Below, one piece after another: positions 48,066 through 57,859 of a stretch of DNA of 64,000 nt (its first letter is position 1; each line of letters opens with the position of its first letter). The translations under genes and the position numbers were made by a program. The notes under the pieces are model-generated. The model was not told the DNA's origin. It did not search any database and saw only the letters and a program-made list of their open reading frames with translations. Source of the DNA: an uncultured Spirochaetota bacterium (GTDB lineage Bacteria > Spirochaetota > Spirochaetia > SZUA-6 > Fen-1364); assembly GCA_963734545.1 (NCBI GenBank), contig CAVTHO010000008.1:288001-352000 (forward strand), read 5' to 3'.

Positions 48066-49151
48066 CTACACGGCTTTTCCGGCCAGCATCGCTTCGACCG
48101 CGTCCCTGTTCTTCCACAGCGCGCAGCCTCCCGACGTCTCGGCGAACATGTCGTGGTTCTCTCGCATGCTGACGAGGAAGGGGGACTTCAGCGCTTCGCG
48201 GAGCGGTGCGTTCTTCAGATTGATGTCCGAGTACGGTGCAAACGGACAGGGCTCCAGGTCACCGGTGGCGCTGATGTGGACGAAGCCGCGCCCCGAGGCC
48301 AGGCACCCTCCCTGCTCTTCCTCGTCCCACGGCACGGCAATGAACACGGCAGGGAAGCGCCGGCGGAAAGACGCGACCAGGCTTTTCATGGCATCCCGCT
48401 GACCGTCGGTGATGACCCACTCGTCCGTGCCCTCCCGGATGGGGGTGTACTCGAGGAAGAGGAAAAGGCGGCATCCGTCGTCGATGGCGCTCTGCACAAA
48501 TGCTTCATCAGTGACCGTGCCGAAATTCGTCCGCGTCACGGTGAAAGAAAGACTGAAGAAGATTCCCGCCTTCTTGAGCTCAGCCATCTTCACCAGCAGG
48601 CGCTCATGCACGCCCCGGCCGCGTCTCCCGTCGGTCTCTGCCTGGTTGCCTTCGATGCTCAAGACGGGCACCGTGTTGCGCTGCGCCTTCAGCCTCTCGA
48701 TGAGCGGCGCGTCGAGCAGAAGGCCGTTTGTCACGAGGAGAAATATGATATGAGGGAAGTCCCGCGCGATGTCCACGATTTCAGGCCGCGTGAGGGGCTC
48801 ACCGCCCGCGATCACGAAAAAGGAGACGCCCAGCTCGTCTGCCTCCTTCACAATGCCGCGCAGCTTGTCGGCGGAAAGCTCGTCCGGTGCGTCGCCTCGA
48901 ATCGCCTGCGCGTAGCAGCCTTTGCATTTGAGGTTGCACCTGTTGGTGATGCTGAAAATGGCGATGGGCGGAACCGTGACACCTTCCGCCGCCAGCCGGG
49001 CCCGTCGGCGCGCCGCACTGCCCTGCCAGAGCACGGTCCTGGCAAAAAAGAGCGCCTGGCCGGGGTGCCGCAGGCTCACACGCACGAACTCGGAGAAGAA
49101 AATGCGGATGCCCAGGTTGAGCTTCGAGGTCGCGGACATTTGGATTGCCAT
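48066..49151 (-). CDS. Radical SAM protein with SPASM/twitch-like C-terminus
   Basis: CNLKCKGC, GGEP, TNG, GCLASGRGFVHISATGDLEPCPF. Confidence 0.92.
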   Translation of the reverse strand: MAIQMSATSKLNLGIRIFFSEFVRVSLRHPGQALFFARTVLWQGSAARRRARLAAEGVTVPPIAIFSITNRCNLKCKGCYAQAIRGDAPDELSADKLRGIVKEADELGVSFFVIAGGEPLTRPEIVDIARDFPHIIFLLVTNGLLLDAPLIERLKAQRNTVPVLSIEGNQAETDGRRGRGVHERLLVKMAELKKAGIFFSLSFTVTRTNFGTVTDEAFVQSAIDDGCRLFLFLEYTPIREGTDEWVITDGQRDAMKSLVASFRRRFPAVFIAVPWDEEEQGGCLASGRGFVHISATGDLEPCPFAPYSDINLKNAPLREALKSPFLVSMRENHDMFAETSGGCALWKNRDAVEAMLAGKAV

Positions 49152-49467
49152 GGTGTCGGTGTTCTCCTGGTACGATGAATGGGAACGCCCGCAGCATAGC
49201 ATATGCAGGGCTCCCCTGGGAATGAAACACCGACCAGCCCTGCTTTTGTCCCGTGAAAAGCAATCGGAGCGGCTGGCGACCCAACTCTTCCTGTATCGAC
49301 TGCCAGAGAGCACTCATATTCTGGCAGGCCGCCTCAAGGTCGCGTACAAGGCGTCGTGGTGCCGCGCGGAGGCTCCTGTCAGGTGTCCTGACCCTGCCCC
49401 GCCGGCCGTTCCGGGCCGCGGCCTGTTTCTCCAGGGCCGGGCCCGGTGGCTGGACTGCAAGAGTGCG

Positions 49468-49947
49468 CTAGGAAGTATGCGCCCGCTCGCCGTCCGTGAT
49501 GGCCTGCCCGACGTTGGGCTGCCCTTTGCCTTTGACAATCAAGCTCTGCAAGCTGCCCTTGATATATGTGCCCCATGCGTCTGAACAGACGTCGTAGCAC
49601 TCATACTCGGGGACGAGACCCACGTGCGTGAAGCGGACTTCGGTCTTGTCGCCCTTTCGGGAAATCTCAAACCTGATATCCGTGCCCTTCCACTCGGTCT
49701 TGTCCTTCGTAAAACTGAAGTGGTTGTCCAGGACCCGCCAAACGACTTCTTTACCGGGAGTCAATGCTGTTATCCGCATTCTGCAGCGATGGACGTCCTT
49801 GAAATGATAGCGAAACTCCGCCCCGAGTCTATCGGTATCACCTTCGACTTCTTCTGACCACCATCCACGAACATTGTTGATGGCAGCGAAGACCTCTTCC
49901 GGAGTCTGGCCTACCGCAAAGGTAGTGGAGTAGTTCTTCCCACTCAT
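49468..49947 (-). CDS. SRPBCC domain protein
   Basis: TPEEVFAAINNVRGWW, FTHVGLVPEYECYDVCSDAW. Confidence 0.9.
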   Translation of the reverse strand: MSGKNYSTTFAVGQTPEEVFAAINNVRGWWSEEVEGDTDRLGAEFRYHFKDVHRCRMRITALTPGKEVVWRVLDNHFSFTKDKTEWKGTDIRFEISRKGDKTEVRFTHVGLVPEYECYDVCSDAWGTYIKGSLQSLIVKGKGQPNVGQAITDGERAHTS

Positions 49948-50397
49948 GTCTGCCGTTCCTTCTGGGCCTTGCCCGTAGTGATCAAGCTCCGCAAGCTGCC
50001 CTTCACGTAGGAGCCCCATGCGTTTGAGCAGGCATCGAAACACTCAAAATCGGGAACCAGGCCCGCGTGAGTGAAGCGGACCTCGGTTTTGTTTCCCTTT
50101 TTCGAGATATTCAAAAGTGATTTCCGTGCCCTTCCACTCCGTCTTGTCCCTGGTGAAATCAAGGCGTGCGTCGAGCACACGCCAAACGACTCTCTTGCCG
50201 GGGATGAGCTCAGTCACTTTCTGCTTGCTGTAATGGACGGGTTCGTAGCGATAGGTAAACTCGTCACCGAGCTTGTCGGTGCTCCCTTCAACTCCCGGCT
50301 TCCCTGTCCACCATCCACGAACATTGTTGATGGCAGCGAAGACTTCTTCCGGAGTCTGGCCGACCGCAAATGCCGCTGTGAAATCCTGCCCGCTCAT
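49944..50397 (-). CDS. SRPBCC domain protein (tandem paralog), +1 indel near 50110
   Basis: MSGQDFTAAFAVGQTPEEVFAAINNVRGWW...ITFE/ISKKGNKTEVRFTHAGL. Confidence 0.85.
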
Positions 50398-50433
50398 GAC
50401 CCTCTCCTTTCCGCGGACGAATATACTCATTTC

Positions 50434-50450
50434 ACTTGCAAATTGCAAGT
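50434..50450. promoter_or_regulatory. Candidate HxlR operator
   Basis: Perfect ACTTGCA-AAT-TGCAAGT between the divergent SRPBCC and HxlR genes. Confidence 0.7.
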
Positions 50451-50474
50451 TATTTTGGTAGTATTGATGCGGCC

Positions 50475-50924
50475 ATGAAAAAGGGAACGAACAAGCTTCG
50501 ATCACACTGCCCGGTGAACTATGGTCTTGAAGCATTTGGCGACCGTTGGGCGCTGCTGATCCTTCGAGACATTGTTTTTCGGGGCAAGCGCACCTTCGGA
50601 GAGTTTCTGAAATCAGAAGAGAGTTTTGCCACCAACATTCTTGCCTCGCGCCTGGCTCACCTCATGACGGCAGGGATTCTTCAGCGTGAGGCGGATGAAA
50701 CGGACGGAAGGAAAGACATCTATTCCCTTACGGAAAAGGGTCTGGATCTCATTCCTTTGCTCTTTGAAATGGTTCTGTGGAGTGCGAAGTACGACGATCG
50801 GTCAGAGGCCAGACGTATCGTTCGCCTTGTCGAGCTCATCAGGAAAGACAATCGCAAAATCAGTCAGCACGTGATGGAACAGGTAAGGCGGGGCGAAGGG
50901 ATTGTGGCAGGGTATGTGTCGTAA
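50475..50924 (+). CDS. HxlR-family winged-helix regulator
   Basis: RSHCPV, GDRWALLILRD, YSLTEKG. Confidence 0.93.
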   Translation: MKKGTNKLRSHCPVNYGLEAFGDRWALLILRDIVFRGKRTFGEFLKSEESFATNILASRLAHLMTAGILQREADETDGRKDIYSLTEKGLDLIPLLFEMVLWSAKYDDRSEARRIVRLVELIRKDNRKISQHVMEQVRRGEGIVAGYVS

Positions 50925-50995
50925 AGTCCCGCGCCGCCGCTGCGCCTGACTGGACTACTTCTCCGTGTACTCCTGCGGACCCTTGCCGCCCGTGT

Positions 50996-52252
50996 CTACG
51001 GGGCGAGATCGGGATAAAGCTTGCGCATGCAGTCAGGACAAATGTCGTGGGAGAACTGGGCATCCGTGTGATCCGTGATGTATCTTTCGAGTCCACTCCA
51101 GGAGCCCTTGTCATCCCGGATCTTTTTACACGAGGCGCAGATGGGGAGCAGGCCCCTGAGGGTCTTGATGTCCCCGAGCGCCGCCTGCAGCTCCGTGATG
51201 AGTTTCTCCCGCTCCAGCTCCAGCGCTCGACGCTCGCTCAGGTCATGGATCACGAGTACGCTTCCCGAGGTGCTCCCATCACGGTCAAGCAGGGGCGACA
51301 GGCGCATGTCGATGTAGCGCCCGGGATCCCCCGGCAGAGACATCTCCACATGGTCGACGGTCTGTTCACGAAGCCCGGCAATCGCGGCGCCCAGCGGGCC
51401 GGGAACCTCATCCACGGGTCTGCCGACGATCTCGGCCATGCCGCCCATAAGAGAGCGCGCCGTCGGATTCACGTCCACGACCCGGTTCGACGCATCCAGG
51501 ACCAGGAGACCGTCCGCCATGCTTTCCACCAGGAAATGGCGCGCCACCGGCACGACGTCCAGGAGCTGGAACCGCCTCATGCCCACAATGACCAGGAGTC
51601 CGGTGATGGCAAATCCGAGGGGGGGCAGGTCCAGACCCGGGAAGGGGCTGATCGGCAGGATATAGATCACGGAGAAGATCCACGGAACGAGCAGGCCCGC
51701 CAGGAGAATCACGGTCTGCCGGACGAACATCCGCTGCGCTCTCCATGCGGCCCAGCCGATTGTGATGGCCGCCAGAACCCCCAGCACGGCATAGTATGCC
51801 ACGGCAACAAAGAACCAGGGTCCGTGACCGAAAATCAGGATATTCGATCCGGGCACAGGGCCGGGTGTGAAGCCCGTCCATATCAGTCCGTGCCATCTGT
51901 TGGTTGCCGCGAGTACGAGGGTAGCCACGGGGATGAGCCACAAGGCGGCCAGCTGCCACCACGTCGGCTTCCAGGAGTGCTTGCGATAGCGAAGCGCAAA
52001 GAGGAGGCAGAGGGGAGACACGTTGCTCGATCCCACGTAGCCCATAACTGCCAGGAACACCTTTCGATCCTCGCCGATTGCCGCTGACCCGATGCCCGAG
52101 CTGAGCGCCCAGACAAAAACGGCGCACATCATGAGGGAGAACTCAGTTGCCCCCGGAATGGCGCGGCGACGCCAGCCCATGATCACCACCACCAGGGCCA
52201 GGAGGGCCGCGATGAAGGCAACCATAACCGGCGCGGCGAGCATGTATCTCAC
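50996..52252 (-). CDS. 7TM (HisKA_7TM-like)-PAS protein with C-terminal Cys/His domain
   Basis: Seven TM segments, TNRWHGL, PAS (MADGLLVLD...VNP), then LLPICASCKKIRDD...FSHDICPDC. Confidence 0.85.
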   Translation of the reverse strand: MRYMLAAPVMVAFIAALLALVVVIMGWRRRAIPGATEFSLMMCAVFVWALSSGIGSAAIGEDRKVFLAVMGYVGSSNVSPLCLLFALRYRKHSWKPTWWQLAALWLIPVATLVLAATNRWHGLIWTGFTPGPVPGSNILIFGHGPWFFVAVAYYAVLGVLAAITIGWAAWRAQRMFVRQTVILLAGLLVPWIFSVIYILPISPFPGLDLPPLGFAITGLLVIVGMRRFQLLDVVPVARHFLVESMADGLLVLDASNRVVDVNPTARSLMGGMAEIVGRPVDEVPGPLGAAIAGLREQTVDHVEMSLPGDPGRYIDMRLSPLLDRDGSTSGSVLVIHDLSERRALELEREKLITELQAALGDIKTLRGLLPICASCKKIRDDKGSWSGLERYITDHTDAQFSHDICPDCMRKLYPDLAP

Positions 52253-52309
52253 TCCACCTCCCCTTTGCGCTCAATCATAATACAAGCGCAAGCGATGGTG
52301 GAGGGGCGA

Positions 52310-52684
52310 CTACGACCTGCCGGGCTGCCGCGCGTCCGACCCGTGGTGAGTGCTTTCCCGCCCTGCCAGCAGGACCGCGGCTATGAGCATGCCGAAAGCC
52401 GCCGCCTCCAGAAGGCCAAAAAGAATCGAGCTCACGGCCAGCATTCTCGCCATGGAGGCGTTGGTCCACCCCTTCTCGACTCGTCCGACAAGAATCGCAT
52501 TGGCAAGAAAAACGTGTGCGATCCTGCCGAGGAGGAAAAGCGCAAAGGAAGCGGCCGAGAGTACGCACGCCCGCACGGAACGCCGCATCATGACAAGGAA
52601 AATCACGATCCCCGCGAGCAGGGCCAGGAGGGTCGGGAGCTGCGACAGGAGCTGCATGATGGAGCTTGATACGATCTGATTCAC
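52310..52684 (-). CDS. Small membrane hypothetical protein
   Basis: Three hydrophobic segments filling the intergenic gap. Confidence 0.6.
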   Translation of the reverse strand: MNQIVSSSIMQLLSQLPTLLALLAGIVIFLVMMRRSVRACVLSAASFALFLLGRIAHVFLANAILVGRVEKGWTNASMARMLAVSSILFGLLEAAAFGMLIAAVLLAGRESTHHGSDARQPGRS

Positions 52685-52764
52685 AGGCGGCCTCCGGGCT
52701 GCGCGTCAAAAGGAAATGCCGAGGCGTCTCCTGGCAGGCGTGGCCCTGCGGGCCGTCGCCAATG

Positions 52765-53574
52765 TCAATAAGTCCCTGCGCCTTCGCCGCCGGTCACGAT
52801 CGCGACGCTGGAGACGCAGCCGATCCGGCTGGCCCCGGCGCCTATGAGCGCAATGGCGTTCTTGTACGTGCGCACGCCGCCGCTTGCTTTCACGCCCATG
52901 TCCCTGCCCACCACCCGCCGCATGAGGGCAATATCCTCCACGGTTGCGCCCCCGCCGGAGAAGCCGGTGCAGGTCTTCACAAAGTCCGCACCCGCCTTCT
53001 TGGAGAGCTCGCAGGCCATCACCTTCTCGTCCTGCGTGAGGAGCGCGGTCTCGATGATCACCTTGAGGATGGTGGTCCCCCGCGTGGCGCGGCGGACGGC
53101 GCGGATATCCTCCTCCACCCCGTGATCATCACCCGACTTGAGAAGCCCGATGTTGATCACCATGTCGATCTCGGAGGCGCCGTCAGAGAGCGCCTCGCGC
53201 GTCTCAAAGGCCTTGGACCTGCTCGTCATGGCGCCCAGGGGGAACCCGACCACCGAGCAGACCTTGACCCCGGAGCCCTGCAGCTTGCGCGCAACATAGG
53301 CGATCCGGCAGGAGTTCACGCACACTCCGAAGAACTTGTAGGTGAGCGCTTCCTGGCAGAGCTTGTCGAAGGCGGCCGTGGGGGCCTCGGGGCGCAGCAT
53401 GGTGTGGTCGATGTAGCTGGCAACGTCCGCCGGCGCCAGCGCGGGCAGGGCGGAGACGCTGGAGGCTGCCGACTCCAGAGCCTTTCCGGAGGCTGGGGAG
53501 GGCTTCGCGCCCTGCGCGCCCATGCGCGCCACAACCTCGGCGACAATCTTTTCTATCAGCTGGTTCTGGTCCAT
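52765..53574 (-). CDS. deoC: Deoxyribose-phosphate aldolase with N-terminal encapsulation peptide
   Basis: LIEKIVAEVVARM plus linker, IDHT, VVGFPLG, EIDMVIN, FVKTCTGF, VKASGGVR. Confidence 0.95.
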   Translation of the reverse strand: MDQNQLIEKIVAEVVARMGAQGAKPSPASGKALESAASSVSALPALAPADVASYIDHTMLRPEAPTAAFDKLCQEALTYKFFGVCVNSCRIAYVARKLQGSGVKVCSVVGFPLGAMTSRSKAFETREALSDGASEIDMVINIGLLKSGDDHGVEEDIRAVRRATRGTTILKVIIETALLTQDEKVMACELSKKAGADFVKTCTGFSGGGATVEDIALMRRVVGRDMGVKASGGVRTYKNAIALIGAGASRIGCVSSVAIVTGGEGAGTY

Positions 53575-53615
53575 CAGTCTCCAAACCTCCCCGGCGACCG
53601 CGTCAGCGGGCGCAT

Positions 53616-54095
53616 TTATAGTCGTTCAATCGCCATGATCTTGTTCACCCGCACCATGTGCCGGCCGCCCCCGAACCGCGTCTGGAGCCACGTGCGCGCC
53701 ATGTCGCAGAGCTGCGATGCGTCGTGCAGCGGACCGCCCAGCGTGAGCACGTTGGCATTGTTGTGCTCGCGGCTGTTCATGACCGTGCGCAGGTCATAGC
53801 AGAGCGCGGCGCGGATTCCCTTGATCTTGTTCGCCGCCATGCACGAGCCGATGCCCGCGCCGTCAAGGATTATCCCGCGCTCGCAGTCGCCGTTCACCAC
53901 TTTGCGGCACACGGCAATGGCGATGTCCGGGTAGTCCACCTTCTCCCCTCCCGAGCAGCCCACGTCTACCACGCGATAGCCGAGGGTCTCCAGGTAGCGC
54001 CGCAGGGCCTCTTTCTGCGTGAAGGCGCCGTGATCGGAGCCGATGGCAACGCTGCGCACCGCATCTCCTCGGCCGTGCGAGTCATGTTCGCTCAA
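53616..54095 (-). CDS. rpiB: RpiB/LacAB-family sugar-phosphate isomerase
   Basis: IGSDHG, VDYPD, LDGAGIGS, ANKIKGIRAA, REHNNANVL, FGGGRH. Confidence 0.92.
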   Translation of the reverse strand: MSEHDSHGRGDAVRSVAIGSDHGAFTQKEALRRYLETLGYRVVDVGCSGGEKVDYPDIAIAVCRKVVNGDCERGIILDGAGIGSCMAANKIKGIRAALCYDLRTVMNSREHNNANVLTLGGPLHDASQLCDMARTWLQTRFGGGRHMVRVNKIMAIERL

Positions 54096-54382
54096 TGGGG
54101 CCCTCCGGCGTCTTCAATATCTATCCTGTCGACGATGCCGCAGATGGCCGTGCGGATGGTGACCGCGGTTTCGTCTCCGATGACCGCGCGGGCAGAACCA
54201 CCCTCGTCCACCACGAGGACACGATCTCCGATACCGGCCTGTACTCCGTCCACCGCCAGGAGACTCCTGCCCTTCGGCTTTCCCTCCGCATCGATGGGTT
54301 GGACGACGAGAATCTTGTGACCTTTGTAATGGGGGTGCTTTTCCGTCGACACCACGTTCGCCACCACCCGGGCAAGCATCAT
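54092..54382 (-). CDS. BMC pentamer (EutN/CcmL)
   Basis: MLARVVANVVST, AVDGVQAGIGD, ICGIVD. Confidence 0.92.
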   Translation of the reverse strand: MMLARVVANVVSTEKHPHYKGHKILVVQPIDAEGKPKGRSLLAVDGVQAGIGDRVLVVDEGGSARAVIGDETAVTIRTAICGIVDRIDIEDAGGPH

Positions 54383-54669
54383 TTGCGGCCCCCGGATTTG
54401 ACGCCGCTGTCCACCGCGTCCACCACGCCGATGATCGCCGCGTCCGCGGGATTGAACCACCCGTTGGGGTTCGCCTGTGCGGCTTCCTTTCCCGCTTCGA
54501 AAAACACCAGGTCCCCCTCCCCTGCCCGCGCGATGTCGAACGCCACGAGCGCGACACCCGCGTCCTTTCCGTTCTCGTCCACCGGCTGCACCAGGAGCAG
54601 CTTCAGGCCCTCGAGGCACTCCATCTTCTGTGTGCAGACCACCCTGCCGATCACTCGTCCCAGCTTCAT
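54379..54669 (-). CDS. BMC pentamer (EutN/CcmL)
   Basis: MKLGRVIGRVVCT, AGEGD, DAAIIGVVD. Confidence 0.93.
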   Translation of the reverse strand: MKLGRVIGRVVCTQKMECLEGLKLLLVQPVDENGKDAGVALVAFDIARAGEGDLVFFEAGKEAAQANPNGWFNPADAAIIGVVDAVDSGVKSGGRK

Positions 54670-56123
54670 ATGATCCTGAAATAATCCACGAGGGTGCAGC
54701 GCCTCTCGCGCGTATAGGTGCGGGCACGGGTCACCCCTTCCCCGGTCGGGCTCGCGATGGTGAAGGAAGCATATCCCGCTCCTCCCTCGCCAAGGCCGGC
54801 GAAGTTGGGACCGTTCTTTATGAACAGGGAGCAGTTCATCAGCCGTGCCATCTTCGAAAGCTTTTCTATGTCGTGCGAATGGATCGAGGCGGTGTGCCGG
54901 AACCCGTGCTCCACCTTCACCGCGAACTCGATGGCCTCGTCCACGCTGCGCATCCGCACGAGGGGGATGACGGGCATGAGCTGCTCGGACCAGACCATGG
55001 GATGATCGCTCGCTACATCCATGAGAAGGATCCGGGTCTCCACAGGCACCTCGATACCGGCTGCCCGGGCAATGACGTAGGGGTCCTTGCCCACCAGGTC
55101 CTTGTTCGGCGGGCTGTGTCTGCCGGGGCCGGCGTTCTGCGGAAGCGCCACCTTCGTCACCGCCTCGATCTGGCTGCCCGTCAGCTCGAAGGCCCCGTTC
55201 TTCTTCATCTCTTCCTTGAGCCTGTCGGCGATGCTGTCCACCGCCAGGATTTCCTTTTCATCGGTACAGACCACGTTGTTGTCAAATCCCGCGCCCCTGA
55301 CGATGTCCCTGCCTGCCTTGGCAAGGTCGGCGGTCGGGTCCACGACGCACGGCGGGTTGCCCGGCCCGGCGCAGATGGCTTTCTTCCCGCTCGCCATGGC
55401 GGCTTTCACAACCCCGGGACCGCCCGTCACGACCAGCAGGGCCACGCCGCGGTGCTTCATCAGCTCATTCGCGCTCTCGATCGTCGGGTTGGCCACCGCG
55501 CTCAGAACGTTCCGCGGGCCGCCTTCCCGTACGATCACGTCGTTGAGCAGCGACACCAGCCGGCAGGAGACCCCTTTTGCGCCCGGGTGCACATTGAACA
55601 CGACCGAGTTCCCCGCTGAAATCATGCCGATCGAGTTGCTCGTGATGGTCGCAAGGGGATTCGTCACGGGCGTGATGGCGCCGATTACTCCGTAGGGAGC
55701 GTGCTCGGTGATTGTCAGACCATGCTCATCCGAGTACGCGGAGGGCTCCACATCTTCGACGCCGGGAGTCTTCTCCGCGGCAAGTGCGGTCTTCACCTTC
55801 TTGTCCCGCACGTTGCCTAGACCGGTCTCCGCCACGGCCTCCGCGCACAACGAGTCATTGGCCTCCAGCACGGCCCGGCGCATGGCGGCAATCATCTTCC
55901 TGCGTGTGTCCAGGGGGAGCGCGACCAGCTCGCGCTGGGCGGCCCCCGCGGCGGCCACTGCCGTGTCGATATCCGCGAAGACGCCGGTCCCGAGCTGCGC
56001 CGCAGGGGAGGCGCCGCCGGATTTTGCGCCGCCCGCAGAGGACACGCCGAGGAGAGTCTGCATGTCGTAGCTCTTGAGGACCTGCTCGACAATGAGGCGT
56101 ATGTCATCCGCCATGTTCGCCAT
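54666..56123 (-). CDS. CoA-acylating aldehyde dehydrogenase (EutE/PduP) with encapsulation peptide
   Basis: DDIRLIVEQVLKS plus linker, ETGLG, PYGVIGAITPVTNP, VTGGPGVV, AGPGNPP, FDNNVVCTDEK, TIASPTGEG. Confidence 0.95.
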   Translation of the reverse strand: MANMADDIRLIVEQVLKSYDMQTLLGVSSAGGAKSGGASPAAQLGTGVFADIDTAVAAAGAAQRELVALPLDTRRKMIAAMRRAVLEANDSLCAEAVAETGLGNVRDKKVKTALAAEKTPGVEDVEPSAYSDEHGLTITEHAPYGVIGAITPVTNPLATITSNSIGMISAGNSVVFNVHPGAKGVSCRLVSLLNDVIVREGGPRNVLSAVANPTIESANELMKHRGVALLVVTGGPGVVKAAMASGKKAICAGPGNPPCVVDPTADLAKAGRDIVRGAGFDNNVVCTDEKEILAVDSIADRLKEEMKKNGAFELTGSQIEAVTKVALPQNAGPGRHSPPNKDLVGKDPYVIARAAGIEVPVETRILLMDVASDHPMVWSEQLMPVIPLVRMRSVDEAIEFAVKVEHGFRHTASIHSHDIEKLSKMARLMNCSLFIKNGPNFAGLGEGGAGYASFTIASPTGEGVTRARTYTRERRCTLVDYFRII

Positions 56124-56149
56124 AACCCGTTCCCCTTGCCCCGCCGCCC

Positions 56150-56443
56150 TCAGCCCTGGCCGGCGTAGGTCACCACGCCGCGCTCGTCGATATGATCGAC
56201 GATGGCCACCGCGAGGGTATCCATCGGACGGTCATCGGTCCGGAACGTCCACCGGCACGAGCTGCCCTGCGTGAGCAGCACGAGCTGGCCCCTGCCGGCT
56301 CCGATCATGTCCAGCGCCACGAGGTATTCATTCCGCCCCGCACCGCGCTGATCGCATTCCTCCACGAGGAGAAAGCGTGCGCCGTCCACCTTGTCCGACC
56401 GTCGTGTCGCCACCACCGTCCCCCGCACACGCGCAATGTTCAT
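56150..56443 (-). CDS. BMC pentamer (EutN/CcmL)
   Basis: IARVRGTVVAT, VALDMIGAG, QGSS, VAIVD. Confidence 0.92.
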   Translation of the reverse strand: MNIARVRGTVVATRRSDKVDGARFLLVEECDQRGAGRNEYLVALDMIGAGRGQLVLLTQGSSCRWTFRTDDRPMDTLAVAIVDHIDERGVVTYAGQG

Positions 56444-56793
56444 TGCGCCACCGTACGCGGCGGATTCTGCGCCGCCCTCCGGGCGGACTCATCTTTTCCC
56501 GCGGCCTTGTCGTAAGTGAGGGTCCCGTCCTTCTCTATGGCATCCACGATCGCAATGATCGTGGCATCAGACGGCTTGCCCTTGGTCGTGTCGGTCATGC
56601 GCGCGCTGGATCCGGTGACGTAAAAAACGATCTCCCCGGCGTTCGCGCCCACGCTGTCGATCCCGACCACAAAGTCACCTTTGCCCTTGAGGGTGACAGG
56701 GTCGATCTTCTCCAGCAGGAGAAGCCTCAGCCCTTCCATGGGGGGAGATTTGTGGGTGGCAACTACCGTGCCCTTCACTCGCGCGAGTACCAT
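56440..56793 (-). CDS. BMC pentamer (EutN/CcmL)
   Basis: LARVKGTVVAT, DSVGA, GSSAR, DATIIAIVD. Confidence 0.93.
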   Translation of the reverse strand: MVLARVKGTVVATHKSPPMEGLRLLLLEKIDPVTLKGKGDFVVGIDSVGANAGEIVFYVTGSSARMTDTTKGKPSDATIIAIVDAIEKDGTLTYDKAAGKDESARRAAQNPPRTVAQ

Positions 56794-56811
56794 TGATATG
56801 TCCCGGTGGAG

Positions 56812-57123
56812 CTATTTCTTCGAGGGCGCAGGCTTCCTGCCGAGGGGCAGGGCCGCGTCCACCGACTCGTGCGGCCGCGGGATGACATGGGTCGTCACGA
56901 TCTCCCCCACCTTCTCCGCCGCCCGCGCGCCCGCGTCCACCGCTGCCCGGCATGCCGCCACGTCACCGCGCACGATCGCGGTCACGTAGCCGCCGCCGAT
57001 CTTTTCATATCCCACCAGGTCGACCTTTGCGGCCTTGACCATTGCGTCCGCCGCTTCCACCATCGCCGCGAATCCGCGGGTCTCGATCATTCCCAATGCT
57101 TCAAAACTCACGTTGTCCGCCAT
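56812..57123 (-). CDS. BMC hexamer shell protein (EutM/PduA-like)
   Basis: [36 protein letters not shown]. Confidence 0.97.
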   Translation of the reverse strand: MADNVSFEALGMIETRGFAAMVEAADAMVKAAKVDLVGYEKIGGGYVTAIVRGDVAACRAAVDAGARAAEKVGEIVTTHVIPRPHESVDAALPLGRKPAPSKK

Positions 57124-57214
57124 ATGTCCCTTCCTTGCTCTCTCAACGGCTCTCGCCGTCTGCTTCGCAGCCGGCTGCCGCCACTGCGATACCGGCGTCT
57201 TACACTGATGCCCT

Positions 57215-57856
57215 CTATATTCTCTGGGTGTTGGCCGCGATCTCGCGTCCGCTCAAACCGCCCAGGCGTGATTCCACCACCTTGCGCGCTTCGATCACTT
57301 CCGCCTCGTCACCCGCGATGTACACCCGCCCGAACGCCCCGAAGCCCAGCACCTCGATGATATTCACCTTCGCCGTCTTCTCCGCCTCGTTGGCGGCATA
57401 GTACGCATACCCCGCAGGCTCCACCTCCAGCACGTACAGCGTGTCCCCGCGCAGCACCATGTTGCCGTGGCGCACCTTGTTGATGAGCTGGGCATGATGG
57501 TCGGATATGTTCTTGATGAGCTGGCTGGTCATCACGCGCGGCTTCAGACGGTCGTTCTCCGTCTTCTTCAGCTCACGCAGCACCGCCTCTCCCGCCATGC
57601 GCGCATCGCCCTGGCTGTCCGAGTGCACCTCCAGCAGGCCGTAGGCCCGCTCAACGATCTGGAGGCCTGGGGTCACATTCGTGGCTTTCAGGGCGATGTC
57701 GGTGAGCCTGTTGATTTCGATGCCCGGGGCGATCTCGATCACGCAGCAGGCCTGCATCCCGATGGGGTAGTATCCCTTGCTCACCGTTGCGATGAACGAG
57801 GCGTTCTGCAGCTGCAGGGAGTCCAGGAAAACGTATGTCCTGAGATCTACGGCCAT
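57215..57856 (-). CDS. BMC trimer shell protein (CcmP-like BMC-T)
   Basis: [44 protein letters not shown]. Confidence 0.93.
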   Translation of the reverse strand: MAVDLRTYVFLDSLQLQNASFIATVSKGYYPIGMQACCVIEIAPGIEINRLTDIALKATNVTPGLQIVERAYGLLEVHSDSQGDARMAGEAVLRELKKTENDRLKPRVMTSQLIKNISDHHAQLINKVRHGNMVLRGDTLYVLEVEPAGYAYYAANEAEKTAKVNIIEVLGFGAFGRVYIAGDEAEVIEARKVVESRLGGLSGREIAANTQRI

Positions 57857-57859
57857 GGC

